A DNA stretch of 63,619 bases, the filler included, from Lenisia limosa (Eukaryota; Protista; Breviatea): NCBI GenBank assembly GCA_001655205.1. It is 12 parts of 12 records of this genome, joined end to end, with 100 filler letters (N's around TTAATTAATTAA, not from the genome) between each part and the next. Parts side by side here need not be neighbours in the genome. Positions count along the whole stretch, not along the records: positions 11,497 to 15,891 come from LPNZ01001421.1; positions 15,992 to 29,861 come from LPNZ01002536.1; 10 more parts are not named here. The stretch is one strand, 5' to 3'. A program made the position numbers and the translations under genes. Positions 12,322-25,200 of this stretch are shown one piece after another. How positions within the stretch are numbered: the first letter of the stretch is position 1; each line of letters opens with the position of its first letter. The notes under the pieces were generated by a model. It was given only the letters and a program-made list of their open reading frames with translations. It ran no database searches and had not been told where the DNA came from.

Positions 12322-15300
12322 CTATTTAGGGTCGTAGTCCCAGAGTAAAGCTGCCATCGTGCTGTTGTGGCGCTACACGTTGAAAAATAAATACAAAAGG
12401 ATACTATTGGATAACCAAATATTATATGATATGTATTATATGTCCTAATGCCCTCCCACTTTATCAGCATAAGAAATGCCAGCACCGTTCTCAATGAGGT
12501 ACTTCATGATATTCAAGTTGTCATTACGAACGGCAAGGAAGAGAGGCGTTCTTTCCTGTTTAAATATCAGCAATTTCATGACAAACCAGCAATATCGGGT
12601 GTGTAATATTGCATCATTATATATTTCCAAATGGTATTGGGGTGAAATGGATAAAATACGAAATACCGACAGAGTTATGTTACGGGCTATGATAAGAGGA
12701 TCACCCCCCCCTCCCACCGATGCAGTGGCTTTATCAATATCGGCACCCTTCTCAATAAGATACTTCACAATATCAAATTCGTCATTCTCAACAGCGTCGT
12801 CAAGGGCAGTAATATTCTTTAAATGTCAGCCCAATAACACTGCATCAAGAGGGAAATAAATCATGTTGTAAGTTATCAAAAGGATGAAGGCGAACGAGAA
12901 ATCATGGAAATGCGATACTAAGAAAATCGCCTTTAAATGACTTTGCTACGTTGATGGACCTTTTTAGGGTAACAATGATATCATACATATCATCAAGGAT
13001 AAGGAAGTAATTACAAATCAGCATCAGTTACACACCCAATACACTCGCATTTCATAATAATGAAAAGATATGTAATGAAATATCAAATCATGCCCTCCAA
13101 CGTGTCCATCCGCTTTGTTAATGCTTGCACCATTCTCAACGAGGCTCGTCACAATATCCAAGTGACCACTTTCAGCGGCATAGCTGAGCGGAGCTCTTTC
13201 CTGTGAATAGGTCAGACCCAAGAAGGATACAGGGTGTATGGTTAAATTATATACATGTCGATGTGTCCAAACAAAGCCTTTAATACATACAATACATAAT
13301 GGTGTGCATTGCTGAGGTGATATATTTTTATGCCGAAAGTGATTATTTGAAGAAATCAATATATGAGGCTGTTGTAAAGCTCAACATTATATGTTATATT
13401 ACATACATACATATACTACATATGATATCATAATATTCAATGCAAGTCACAAGCCATAATGACCCCCTCTCACGTTGTTATCACCCTTGTCAAGGTCGGC
13501 ACCCTTCTCAATGAGACACATCACAATTTCCAAGAGCCCCCGCTCAGCGACATAGATGAGAGGTGCCTGGCCCTATTTAAGCAGGTTATACTCATGACAA
13601 CAGTCAGAACACGAATATCGTTGATATTTTCTTTGTACTTTTCCCCAATTGTTTTTACAAACAGTAATCATGATATCATAACTTTCGTTGTCCTATGTAG
13701 TACTTTTTCAAAACCATTGGAGGAAATCTCAGGTTGCTATTCAATGTCAAGTGTGTTAGTCTAAATTTATTAAAATGTAAAATGTGAAGAAAATTTGACA
13801 TTATGCTTTCATTCTTGTCGAAAACGCATCTATTATTTCATCAATGATTTATCTAGAAATAGATATCTTGGGATCAAGAAGTTTAGCCACATTCCATAGA
13901 GTACTATTAATAATTAGACCACCATGCCCGCCCACTTGGTTATCAGCTTTGTCAATATCTGCACCATTCTCAACAAGGTACGTCACAATATCCAAGTGAC
14001 CCCTCTCAGCGGCAAAGCTGAGGGAAGTTCTTTTCTGTTTAAAGGTGAGCCATCTCACAATAATTATAAAGAATAATGAATCAAGTGGGTTAATAATCTA
14101 TTATTAAGGACTTTTTGTATTATATGAACATATGAGCGCAGTCAGACAAAACCAGGTATTATATCAATAACTTCAAGCATCAAAAGTCCATCCAACATTG
14201 TTATCAGCTTTATTAATGCTAGCTCCCTTCTCAATGAGGTACTTCACCACATCCAATTTGTTCGCCGTAGTGGCATTGCTGATGGGAGTTTGTCCCTGTT
14301 TAAAATGATGAATAAAAGGGGATGTATGATTGGGTTGGTCAATAAAAAAAAACAAATAAGAAAAGTTGTAAATTGTAGTATTTACGGCAAATGTCTGAAA
14401 ACACAAAAGAAAATTGGTGTAGGATCAGAAACATACATTCATGCTATATGCTCAATTTTGATGTGATATTGTTTAAAAACAAAATCCTTTTTGCCCTCAC
14501 AAGTCAGACACTTTTTCAATATCAGCACCATACATATAATAAATGTAAAAATGTTTCCAACAGATATTACTTGTTATTCAAAATTCTCATGTTCCCTCAC
14601 CGAAGAATCAGCCTTGTCAATATCTGCGCCTTCCTCAATGAGGTACTGTACTATATCCAAGTGGCCCATCCTAGCGGCATGGCTGAGGGCTGTTTCCTCC
14701 TGTTTATAATAATGGTGGGTGAACCATGAATTGTAAGAATATAGGGATTGTTATACACAGGGCTTCCCTACGATCCCAAATAAACCTAATTTCTCGATAA
14801 ATAATACCAAACAAGCCCGGTGGGTGGCAACATATTGATACTGAAATGAATCGAAGATTATTTTCTATTTAGGCTGAAGTGACGCTCTATTTGAAATGCA
14901 ATAATAATTTCACAAAAAAGCACTAACTTGTCTTATTTATACTCCAAGAAAGAACACGACTCTCTCCCATCCCACCCATCCGTTAGTTTTCTCAATATCA
15001 GTACCATTCTCAATGTGATACGTCACAATATCCAAACGGCCATTGGCGGCGGCATCGTGGATGGTAGTACATATCTGTTCAAATGTCAGCCAATTCGGAT
15101 ACATAGGCTGAATAAAGGGCGTATGGTCAAAAGATGAAAAGAATTTCTAAATAATATTGCAAAGGCGAAAAAGGGTGTATATATCTAAGATGGGGATGAG
15201 ACATCTCTTTGTTTTTGTGCTATTGTGAGAATAAGAGACCTAGTCTAGACATCGGCAGTAGAAAGAGTGCCTCCTATTTTGCCCCTTCCTAACTACTACA

Positions 15301-15629
15301 AAAAAGATCAATCACAGTTTTAAAGCGATAGATACACTATCCATATCCCCCTCCTGCCCTCCTTACTGAATTTGAATTAGAATGTATGAACAAACAGTAT
15401 ACATGATGTAAGATGAATGTAAGGTCAAAACACACACACTTAAAACTATCAATAACCTCCACATCAAAACAAATTTTATTATTGTACATGTATTCTGTTG
15501 GTTGATAATTACAGATATTAGCTATGGCAAAACGCGACATGATAATGAAGAAACATCTCATCCTGCTCTCCCCCTGCTCCATCCTCCTACGTGGTCAGCT
15601 GTATCAGTGTTGCCCTCCGAGTTGTTCAT
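12322..15629 (-). CDS. Ankyrin-repeat-only protein, 292 aa, 8 repeats, one repeat per exon
   Basis: Exons 15629-15591, 15074-14976, 14699-14601, 14295-14197, 14034-13936, 13572-13474, 13200-13102, 12816-12718, 12555-12460 and 12372-12322; all junctions phase 0 GT-AG; e.g. KRTSLSFAAERGHLDIVTYLVENGADIDKADNQ; ends RHNSTMAALLWDYDPK*. Confidence 0.92.
14759..14889. mobile_element. MITE family A, degenerate copy in an ankyrin-gene intron
   Basis: AGGGCTTCCCTACGATC...AATTTCTCGATAAAT...CTGAAGTGACGCTCTA. Confidence 0.5.
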
Positions 15630-16115
15630 CCCTTATGCCATAACTTCTTCTATTACTTTAGATTATTATTCTCAGCTAACTGTGTTTGTGTTTGTAATAA
15701 AATCTACAAATCTGTTACAAAAATACAAAATGAAATTATGTATAGTCGGGGTATTTTTTAAAATTCAATTGTACATTAAAACAATAAAAAAATACGAAAA
15801 TTGGATAATAACTGTATTTTTTAATGGGTGCAAATTCAAATTTTGGTTTCGGTAAAACCCAGAGCTGATGTGTTGGAGGCAATGAGTGCGGNNNNNNNNN
15901 NNNNNNNNNNNNNNNNNNNNNNNNNNNNNNNNNNNTTAATTAATTAANNNNNNNNNNNNNNNNNNNNNNNNNNNNNNNNNNNNNNNNNNNNTATCTGAGA
16001 AAATTGAGGTTTGTATCTCACAAAACAAACAAAGACCAGCTTCACCGCATCACATAACATAACTTCAATTAAAATGAAATCATGAAAACACAATATATAT
16101 ATTATGTATCATATG

Positions 16116-16205
16116 TAAGGCTTCAATTTAGTTGGAAAATATATCTCGATACCTCAAAAACTATCGATATTATGCCAATCATTTTTGAACCGAAGTGAAG
16201 ACCTA
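16116..16205. mobile_element. MITE family A copy
   Basis: TAAGGCTTCAATTTAGTTGG...CTATCGATAT...TTTGAACCGAAGTGAAGACCTA. Confidence 0.8.
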
Positions 16206-16230
16206 CCAATATTGATACATTCCCCCCCAC

Positions 16231-19200
16231 GCATTGATTTGGTTGACATGCTTTGCGTTTTTCAGTACCCAGTTGGACGTAGTAACGGATTCAGTTGGAT
16301 TGGAAATCTGATTTTTGTCCATGGGCTTAATGTTCGAAAGCATCTTGAGGGTTGAGGATAGGTAAATATGAAAAGCACAACATTACCCAATCAATTTTAA
16401 AATAAAAACACTATTTATGCATATCATATAATGTATTATATCGTAACAGAGGAAGCTTTAGTTAAAAAAGACTGAATTACTAGATAAATCCGCGATAAAT
16501 ATCGTTATTTTCCTTGTCAATTTCAAAACTCAAGTGAAGCCCTATTTGCGAGATGAATTATATCATGTACAGTACGAATGAGATTATGAAGGTGAAATGA
16601 GAAAGGTGAGTTACGAAATTACAATGAAAGATTTACCCACTTCTTTCAATGCGTGTTGAAGTTCAGGGTCATCTTTTCCAATATCAATTTCAGCGGTTTT
16701 GGTGATTGTGGGTGATGGCATTGCTAAATTCATCAAATAACGTGGGGATATCGGGCTGCAAGATTTGAAAATAGTTCATAGAATCACATATCATTTTAAT
16801 ATCAACCATGTCGGAAGGACGACCAAACTTAAACATTTACACTGAATAATACTCAAACGTTAAGATATACAAATCAGTTAAATTCAATCTATAAGCGGAA
16901 ATATTAACCAAACAAACCGATGGAGAGATCTTCAGTTTGTTGGACCATTTTGTCGTGTCCTTTTTCCTGCACTGGTAAGCTCAAAGAGGACATTTGTAAA
17001 TGACACAAGAAATAGTGAAAATGAGTTTATGCTAATATTTCCGGTATTTCCCGGCAAAATAACTAAAATAACTTATCACCGTCATTGTAAACAATTAAAA
17101 TATTGAAGTAAATAAAACCCCGCTTCTAACAATAATAGCATTGGTTTGCCTGCCATGAGCTGCATGCAAAAGGTCCTCAAATTCCTGGCCGGTCAGAGCC
17201 ACCCTGGATCCACCGCATTCGTCACCTGTTAGCAACATAAACAAATTGGAAAACCGAAAAAAGAGAATATCATATACAGAGTCTAATATATTTCACCATG
17301 CAAAGCTATTATCAGAATATTCTGTGAGTTTAGAGCCAAAACTAATAGAATAAATTTTGTAAATATTTGGATTCAATTATCACATCTTTCAGTTTTGTGA
17401 ATTTGAGAAAACCATTTTTTGACAAAAGTGGTTTTGAAAAATATCTTATATAATAAATAAAGTATATAAATATGCAATCCTACTCAGAATGAGGGGAAAC
17501 TCATGGAACATCAAATCGGGGTTGTTGAAATGTGCAGCCCCACGATTGGCAATTGTTTGGGTGAAACACTAAATAGTGTTACTAATGCTACTAATTTAGT
17601 TCCTGGAATGTGATTAATATCACATTTATCAACAATGATACGTTCTATTTTGGGTGACTTTATTGTTGATCACATTTATCCCCCTAATACAAACTTTAAC
17701 CGTCACCAACTTTGAAATAGTCGCCTGTGTAGGGGAGCAAATCCTCATCAACATAGACGATTGCGGCGATTTTGGCCCTGCTGATGGCCGTATTGAAGTT
17801 ATTGGCCTGGGAAAAGAGAATTATATTGGTGTGGGGAAGGAGAATGATGAGAAAACTGAGCGTTAGTCAATAATGCAACACATATCACGCTCAGCAAATC
17901 GATTCAAACCAAATTTGATAAGTGGTCTTAAACAAACACCAAAAACTTATCACTTGTTCACAAGTATTCGATATATATACCGGTATCCTTCCAAATCCAT
18001 GGAAAAATCTTAACACTCCGATGATACATTCTGTTTAGTAAAATGCTTTAAAAATTCAATCCCCCATAACCCCCCCGTCCCACGTTTGTGAGTAGTCCGG
18101 AACCGTTCCTGGCATCCATTGCAAGACGGCATTTTGCAGTCGGGCCGCCTCGGGTAGTGGCAATCAGAACAATCTTAACATGAATTTATGGATTCTAGTT
18201 TGTATCAATAAGTGTCATTGAATTTGACCGTATGTTACAGTTACAATAAAGACCACTGCATGACATGACTCTCAATGAAATGGCGATAAAGATAATTTAT
18301 ATATCAATGGTTGGATTGTCGTGATAGAAACCAAATTATGAGGTAAATAATGTGATAAAAAGCAAATGATGAGGTAAATATATTTTGAGAATTGAATGGA
18401 TAGTCTTTCTCTTTTATCAAGCAATCAGGAATATATTAAATCGGCATGATATTATCATCATGACTAAAATTATCAGTACCACCATATTTTCATATTTCGA
18501 GTTCAATTTGATTTTGGACTATATCAACAAGTCTCTGTGATACACATATGTCCCCCCCAACCTGAGCCTGAAGTCCTTGCATTCCATTGACAGTTGCAAC
18601 TTTTATCTGAAGAAGTAACATTATGGTGGAGGAATCATACAGTGTATCATATCAAGTGCTTCGCTGTGGTCGAAAAAGAGAGAAATCTTCTCGAATATTT
18701 CGCAACAAGCTGATAAATACCGTTTGGCAATTACAAAAATGTGTGTAAAGTAACAAGAATATATAGCAATGAGAAATAAAAAAAAGATGTATCTGGTGAA
18801 GCCGTCCACACCATCACGCTTCTTTCTGCGTGCCTCCAGGTTTATTATTTTATTATGTTACTATTGTCAGTTACCCCACATTTGACCTGCTTTAAAACCA
18901 AATACTCCAAAAAGGCCCACTTTGTTCTGGAATCCCATAGTCTGGATATCATCTCGAATTTCTGCAGCTTGATTGACATTGGAGGCAATAATCTGGGAGT
19001 TATCAATCCAGGACGTTCTTGAGTGTATTTGTGGCATTGGTTGGAATAATAGCTAAGGTGGTAGAAATCACTAATGTCTGTGAAAAATATTAGATATATC
19101 AGTGGGGGGGGATGGCATTGGTTGCAGTCATCTGTTGAGGCAATATTCTTGAGAGACGGTGGTTGTGAGGTTGAAACTAAAACTAAACCAAAAGCAAGAT

Positions 19201-22200
19201 AAGTGGCTAGTATTCAATTTCGGAGGTCACCACTTCCTGTGTTTCAATGCAGTTGGAAAATGATTTTCACGCCATATTTCTCGTGTTAGAAGATCAGTTT
19301 AGGGGCCTGCTTTAACGGAGATGTATCACCACTCACAGCTACTGGGATTGTCGTGGGGTCGTTTTTAGGCGCATATTTTACCAGTTGAATTGAATGTTTC
19401 TGAAATAATAAGAAATCCTATTATATGTACTATTACACTAATTGGAGCTTTATTGAAAGAATCCCAACCAACCACGATGACGTCCTTTTCTTCCCTGTTC
19501 ACATAGCCAACACCCTGACGAATGTCCCGCCCTTTCACAGTGAACATTGCCAGGCTATTGACGTTGAGAGTGAGGGCGGACTGAATGGTGAGAAGGGTGG
19601 AATGAGAAGGGGAGTTGAAATATTTAAATGTCACAGTAAGTAATCTGGTCACTATTCTAACAAATAATTTCTATATTACATCTAGGGCTTCACTTAGGTT
19701 CGAAAAATACCTGTAAAATATCGATAATTTTCGAGGATTTGTCGAAAAATTCAGTCAAATTTCTAACCCCTTATTACATCTCAACATATACATCCCATTA
19801 CTTTACTCCGGTAAAAGCCCTGCTGACCGTTTTGAGGAAAGTGGCAGGTACAGTCGGCATTAAGTAGCTGTGGTAGAAGAGCTGTGAAAGAGCAGATGTA
19901 ATCTGAGGAACCGAGCGGTAGTTACGAACCTTGAATGTTAGACTGATGAACATACCTCGTTTGTATTTCCCTACTAACACATTTACAGTTTGAACATTCA
20001 TTTCTACAATTGTTCCCAATAATGTATTGATTTTTGGTAAAAGTGAACAATCCTGACACACTCCCTACTAATGGAACAAAGTAATCCGGGTAATCGTTTT
20101 TGTAAAAGTCAAGATGAAACAGGCGTTCGATGACGGAGATACCCAGTCCCATAGAATGCGCATAGTCTGAAGGGGTAAACAGAAAACACATATTAAATAA
20201 TAGTCACCCAATTACTGATAACCACCTCCCATCATTTTGTGAACTCTTATTACCTAGACTCATTCTCTTAGAGCCTAGCCCCATTATCTTAGACCCTAGC
20301 CCCATTGTCTTGATTAACTCTTTCAGCCTAGTCCTATTCCTGATTATTCCACCCGTCACTTCTTCCCCCCTTACTGCTGATAACCCGGGGGCTGGTTTGC
20401 ATGTGATCACCCAAGAGGATAATTCGAGTGGAAGGTCCAGCCAGTCTGCGATGTAAGTTCGAGTAGATGAAAAAGTTACTGTTGGTAGGAATTATGATTT
20501 TATTTGAAATGAGTGTAAATATACCTAATGTAATACAAAATAAATAGGAATGAATGCTATTTCCCACTGTAAAGCAAGGACAATTTCAAATTCGAAGCAC
20601 TGCGCGGCTTCATCGATAACAATTAAGTCGAAGTTGTTTTGGGGGATGCCTGAAGTGTTGGGTTGTGGTGACTGTTGGGAATCGTATAAAACATATGAAG
20701 TGGTAACTACATTCTAGAGATCTACTGATGTGCAAATTTACAGAAAATAATACCTTTAGATGTGGTTGATTTGAAAGATAAAGAAGATGTTTATAATACA
20801 AGTAAAAAAATCGACATATGATATAGAAACTTTGAAGGAAATTGGATTATAATGAAAAATTATGTATTGTTTACAATTGGTCAAATATCAAGTGTCCGTT
20901 AGCTCTCAGACCTTTTTCTGCCAAATTCTGGCACACTGAGAGGGTACAGGCAATAAGAGGGGTATTTAGAAGTTCCTGAGATATCACACAGCATAGTAGT
21001 CACCTTTGGGAAGACAGTTTTATGCTTGTTAAGGCATGAATAAAACTCGAAATGGACACTATATAAAAGAATCATTGGTATAATAATAGATCATGGTTAT
21101 TCTTTACTATAAATGGTCTCACATTAGTTGGGGGAGTGCAGAAACGTTGATTGTCATCTCGCCGTACAAAGCGTTCATCAACACCACAGCTTTTGTGGCT
21201 ATTTGGATAAGTCTAATGAAGTACACCACGTACTAACGTGTACATCTCAAATTCGAAGAAAACTATTGCAAAGTACAAGAATGGAGATCTCTCAAATCAC
21301 AAGGCCAACTTTTGGGAATACAGACGAAGACAACAATCCTTGGCGGGGTCTAGTTCATTAACATACCTAAGAAGGTAAGTCATTGCCTTATCGTTAAAAA
21401 TATGAAACAATCATTTCCTTATTAGGCAGAACAAAGTAACATAATTAAAACCCTAATATTCAAGTCAGCACCACCGACTTATCTGCGGTGGAGTTGGAAT
21501 GGGCACAAATTAGCACTCTTGGGTTGTCGATGTGGTATAGTGCCTGAGGATTAGGAGGCTTAGAGAAAAAAAAATCTCCAAGGAAAAATATATAGACGAA
21601 TTCAGACATCCTTTCAAAGCACCACTTTCTCTCCTAAAACAATCCAGACATGTAAAACCCCCAATTTGGACCCCCCATTTGAAGTCTCCCAAATATTACC
21701 TCCTATTATCCTTAGCCAGATTCCCGCGAGACAATAAGGATTTCCTTCGTTTTTGGACTATATTCCTCTCTTATTGCAAATCTAAAGCAGAACTTTTGTC
21801 ACCTACCATTCTGACAGCCTCCATGCCAACTCGAGTCTTTCCGGTGCCAAAAGACCCGGATACCACCACCGGGGCTAGGGGGACTCCTGCAAGGTCAGGT
21901 CAAAATATTGGAATAGTTATGAAACGAAGAAAAACCCAGAATCCAATATGTTGGAAATCGAACCATTACTTACAACACACCCTAAATTCACAAGTCTTTA
22001 AAACCAAATATTTATTACTTTTCACTCCCAGCATTTTACCCTGTCATTAACAGGGTTTTCACTCCTCACCATTTTGCCCTGACATTAACAGGGTTTTCAC
22101 GGCGTTTCGCTGTTCAATATTGAGCATGTGATCCCTCTGTAAGATAAAAGTTAGAGGGGACTTGGTGGGAGGTGTGTGGGCAAATGCAATGAGAATGCCA

Positions 22201-25200
22201 ACTAAAATTAGGGTTCTACTTACGGTTCAAAAAAGAACGATAATATCGATAGTTTTCTGGATTAATCGAGAAATTTAGTCTTTTTTCGAACAGGTGAAAC
22301 CCAAGCAGGATTGTAACGCAGGGGGGATCGGTAAAATGTCTGTATTTTTATTCTTGATTACAGGAAATTCAGTCATTTTACGTATCTATGTGGTAATTAC
22401 GGAAAATGTAAACTATCTGACTAGCTATTAGATTTTTTATTGTATTAATATTTTTCTCAATTAATATTCACAATGTCATAAAAAGAGCTAGCTTGCTATA
22501 TCAAATTGTATACATGCTTACCCAGTCCTGGTCATTCAACGTCTTGATCTGCTTGACTGTTTTCGGGTTCCTGAAAGGGGGGAACAGAACGTCCAAAGAA
22601 ACGCGGTTGAGGGCCATATGCATACACTGCGAATAAAAAATAAAAAAAATGAAGCTATAATAATAAACTCTGTTGAATAAACATTGGTGAGATGGGGTAA
22701 GTTTGTTTGAGGTCAAAGATAGATTATTATGGATAGGGAAATGGAAGAAGAAAGATAGATATCCTTGGGGAAAATGATAATATGGATAGGATTAAGGAAA
22801 GGGGTAATAATATTGATACACTTGGGAAGGGGGTAGCTTTATCCCTAGATGTGGAGGAGAAGCAAGAGCTGAAGTGAAAATGACCCTAAACTTGATGCAG
22901 GACGAAANNNNNNNNNNNNNNNNNNNNNNNNNNNNNNNNNNNNNNNNNNNNNNNNNNNNNNNNNNNNNNNNNNNNNNNNNNNNNNNNNNNNNNNNNNNNN
23001 NNNNNNNCCTATACCTGGAACTGGTATTCATTGGCTTTGAAGGAGATATCATAGAGAGTACCGGCTGAAGTGTTACCAGTAACAAAATAGCATGGAAAAT
23101 TTGGGTATTTATTGTAAATGATATCTTACACAAAGGAGCAATGGAGAAACTAAAGAAGCTATTCTTTGAAAGAGCTAGTGTCTCTTGAGCAATTCAATTC
23201 CACATTTCCTTGAACTAGCTAAACCAGGTAGATTAATATAATTTCAAACTACACCATACGTGGAGAGTTGAGATGGCTTTCTGTATTAATGAACACGCGT
23301 TTGTGTTGAATGTTCACAATGGATCCTTTGATTGCCTGATTTAAAATAAGAGGTCATAACAGTATCAGTGGGCATCATCAAATGCTGCCAACTCTCAGGA
23401 CAAATACAACAATTATGTAAATTATCAAAACCAACTTTAGTAACACGTTGAAACCATGAACCCCTTAATATAATCTGTATAAAATTACATAAACAATTTT
23501 ACATAAGAAGCGTCCATTTTGTATATAATTACAAGAACGCAGCACCTCCCAATATATTATTTAACTGAGCTCTTATTCCAATAGCCCAAAATGGCCCCAT
23601 CCCACTCCTGCAGCGTGATTGATGACCACAAGGTCTCTTTTTTGGATTGATGGGCGGCTGTCCGAGGGAATTTGGTCGGGGTCAAGCTGGGAACAATAAC
23701 GAATTGGGGAAAATGTAGGTAATATTCCATTTAAAATATTAAATACTGGGTTATTGATTTCCTTAACAAAAATTGATTAAACTAAGTCATCGCAATCAGA
23801 CATCCCATTTGATTTCAAATAGGTTAACGTAAAAGGATAAGTGATAATCATATTCAATTAAGAGGGAAATGACTTGTCATAAAACTTTCGTTAGAAATAC
23901 AACCGTAATTACAATACGCAATTGAGTGAATGTGGGTATCGAATGACAATCAGACATAAACAAGCTGCGATAAAATTGGACTGAATTAAATTTTCCCTCG
24001 AAAAAGCCTATCACTATGTCACAAATACTGTGAACTATATCGGGTCATAATATATTTACAGCATTTGATATAGAAAATATGTATCTTCTTGCTTACTTTA
24101 ATTTGGAAAACATGTTCACCATACATAGTCGTTCTTTCCAGTGTTGTTTCGTCAAGAGAAAAGTCTCTCATAATAATGTCGTTCTTGATAAATTAATAGG
24201 CAGATATACATTATATGTTTTACCCAATTACATTTGGATAGACATTGTTAAACACAAACTATTTTTTGCAATTGATTAAATTAATACACATATATCACAA
24301 AACAGTAATTTGTTTGAACACATTTTACCAATATTTTGGTAAATAACATGGAAATATACTGATTACATTTTGTATTTGAGAAATTGCCTGATTTACTTAA
24401 AAATATTCTTCCTATCCTCCTACAATTTCCATATACTCCAATAGAAGCGCGTTGTGCATCATTCGAACAAAGTTATCTCTCTTTACCTGGAGGAATAAAA
24501 TAGTAATTGATAAAACATCAAGTCTCAGTTAAATAGATATTTTGAGTGAAACAAAACTTATCACATCTCATAGGTAACGCAAACAGCAATTATAAATGAT
24601 TCTGAAAAAGTGAGAATTGTAATGTGTGTCGGTGTTTCTGTAGGGTTAGTATAAAATGATAAATTAGCTTATCACCTTTCTCTCGAACTTATATTATCAG
24701 AGTAAAATGCTAAAATCTAACGATCTTCTAAACAATCATCCGTGGTAATTTCATCAATTGGAACAATACAAGATGTGGGAATAAGATTTAGATATAATAT
24801 GTATGGCCATTTTAATGAAATAAACTCTCAAAAAATCTAAAAAAATATATGACATACTATGTACCTTTATGGAGAGCGGTAGCAAGTAATATAATAAGAT
24901 TGAGAAGATTGTACTGTTAATTGTTCATACTCAATAAGGTTACAAACTGGCATTATCTAAGATGTTTAACTTGGTAACAGGTTACCATTTACAAACTCAC
25001 ATATTCCATGACCTGAGCGTCCCAGTCAATTTCTTGTGAAACAGAGACTACGCTCGATTTAATAGCAAAGTGACCAATTTGCTTCATGTTTGTGTACACA
25101 CCAGTTGGGTCTAGACAAAATTAGCCTGTTCCAAAATGAATGCTCGAAAGGCATGCCAAATATTGATATTTGCCATAAAAATAACCGATTCACTCTTTGA

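Noticed and set aside
21800-21890. Stand-alone P-loop / crinkler-like gene
   Set aside because: The Walker A exon splices in phase to the Q-motif and motif Ia exons of the SF1 helicase
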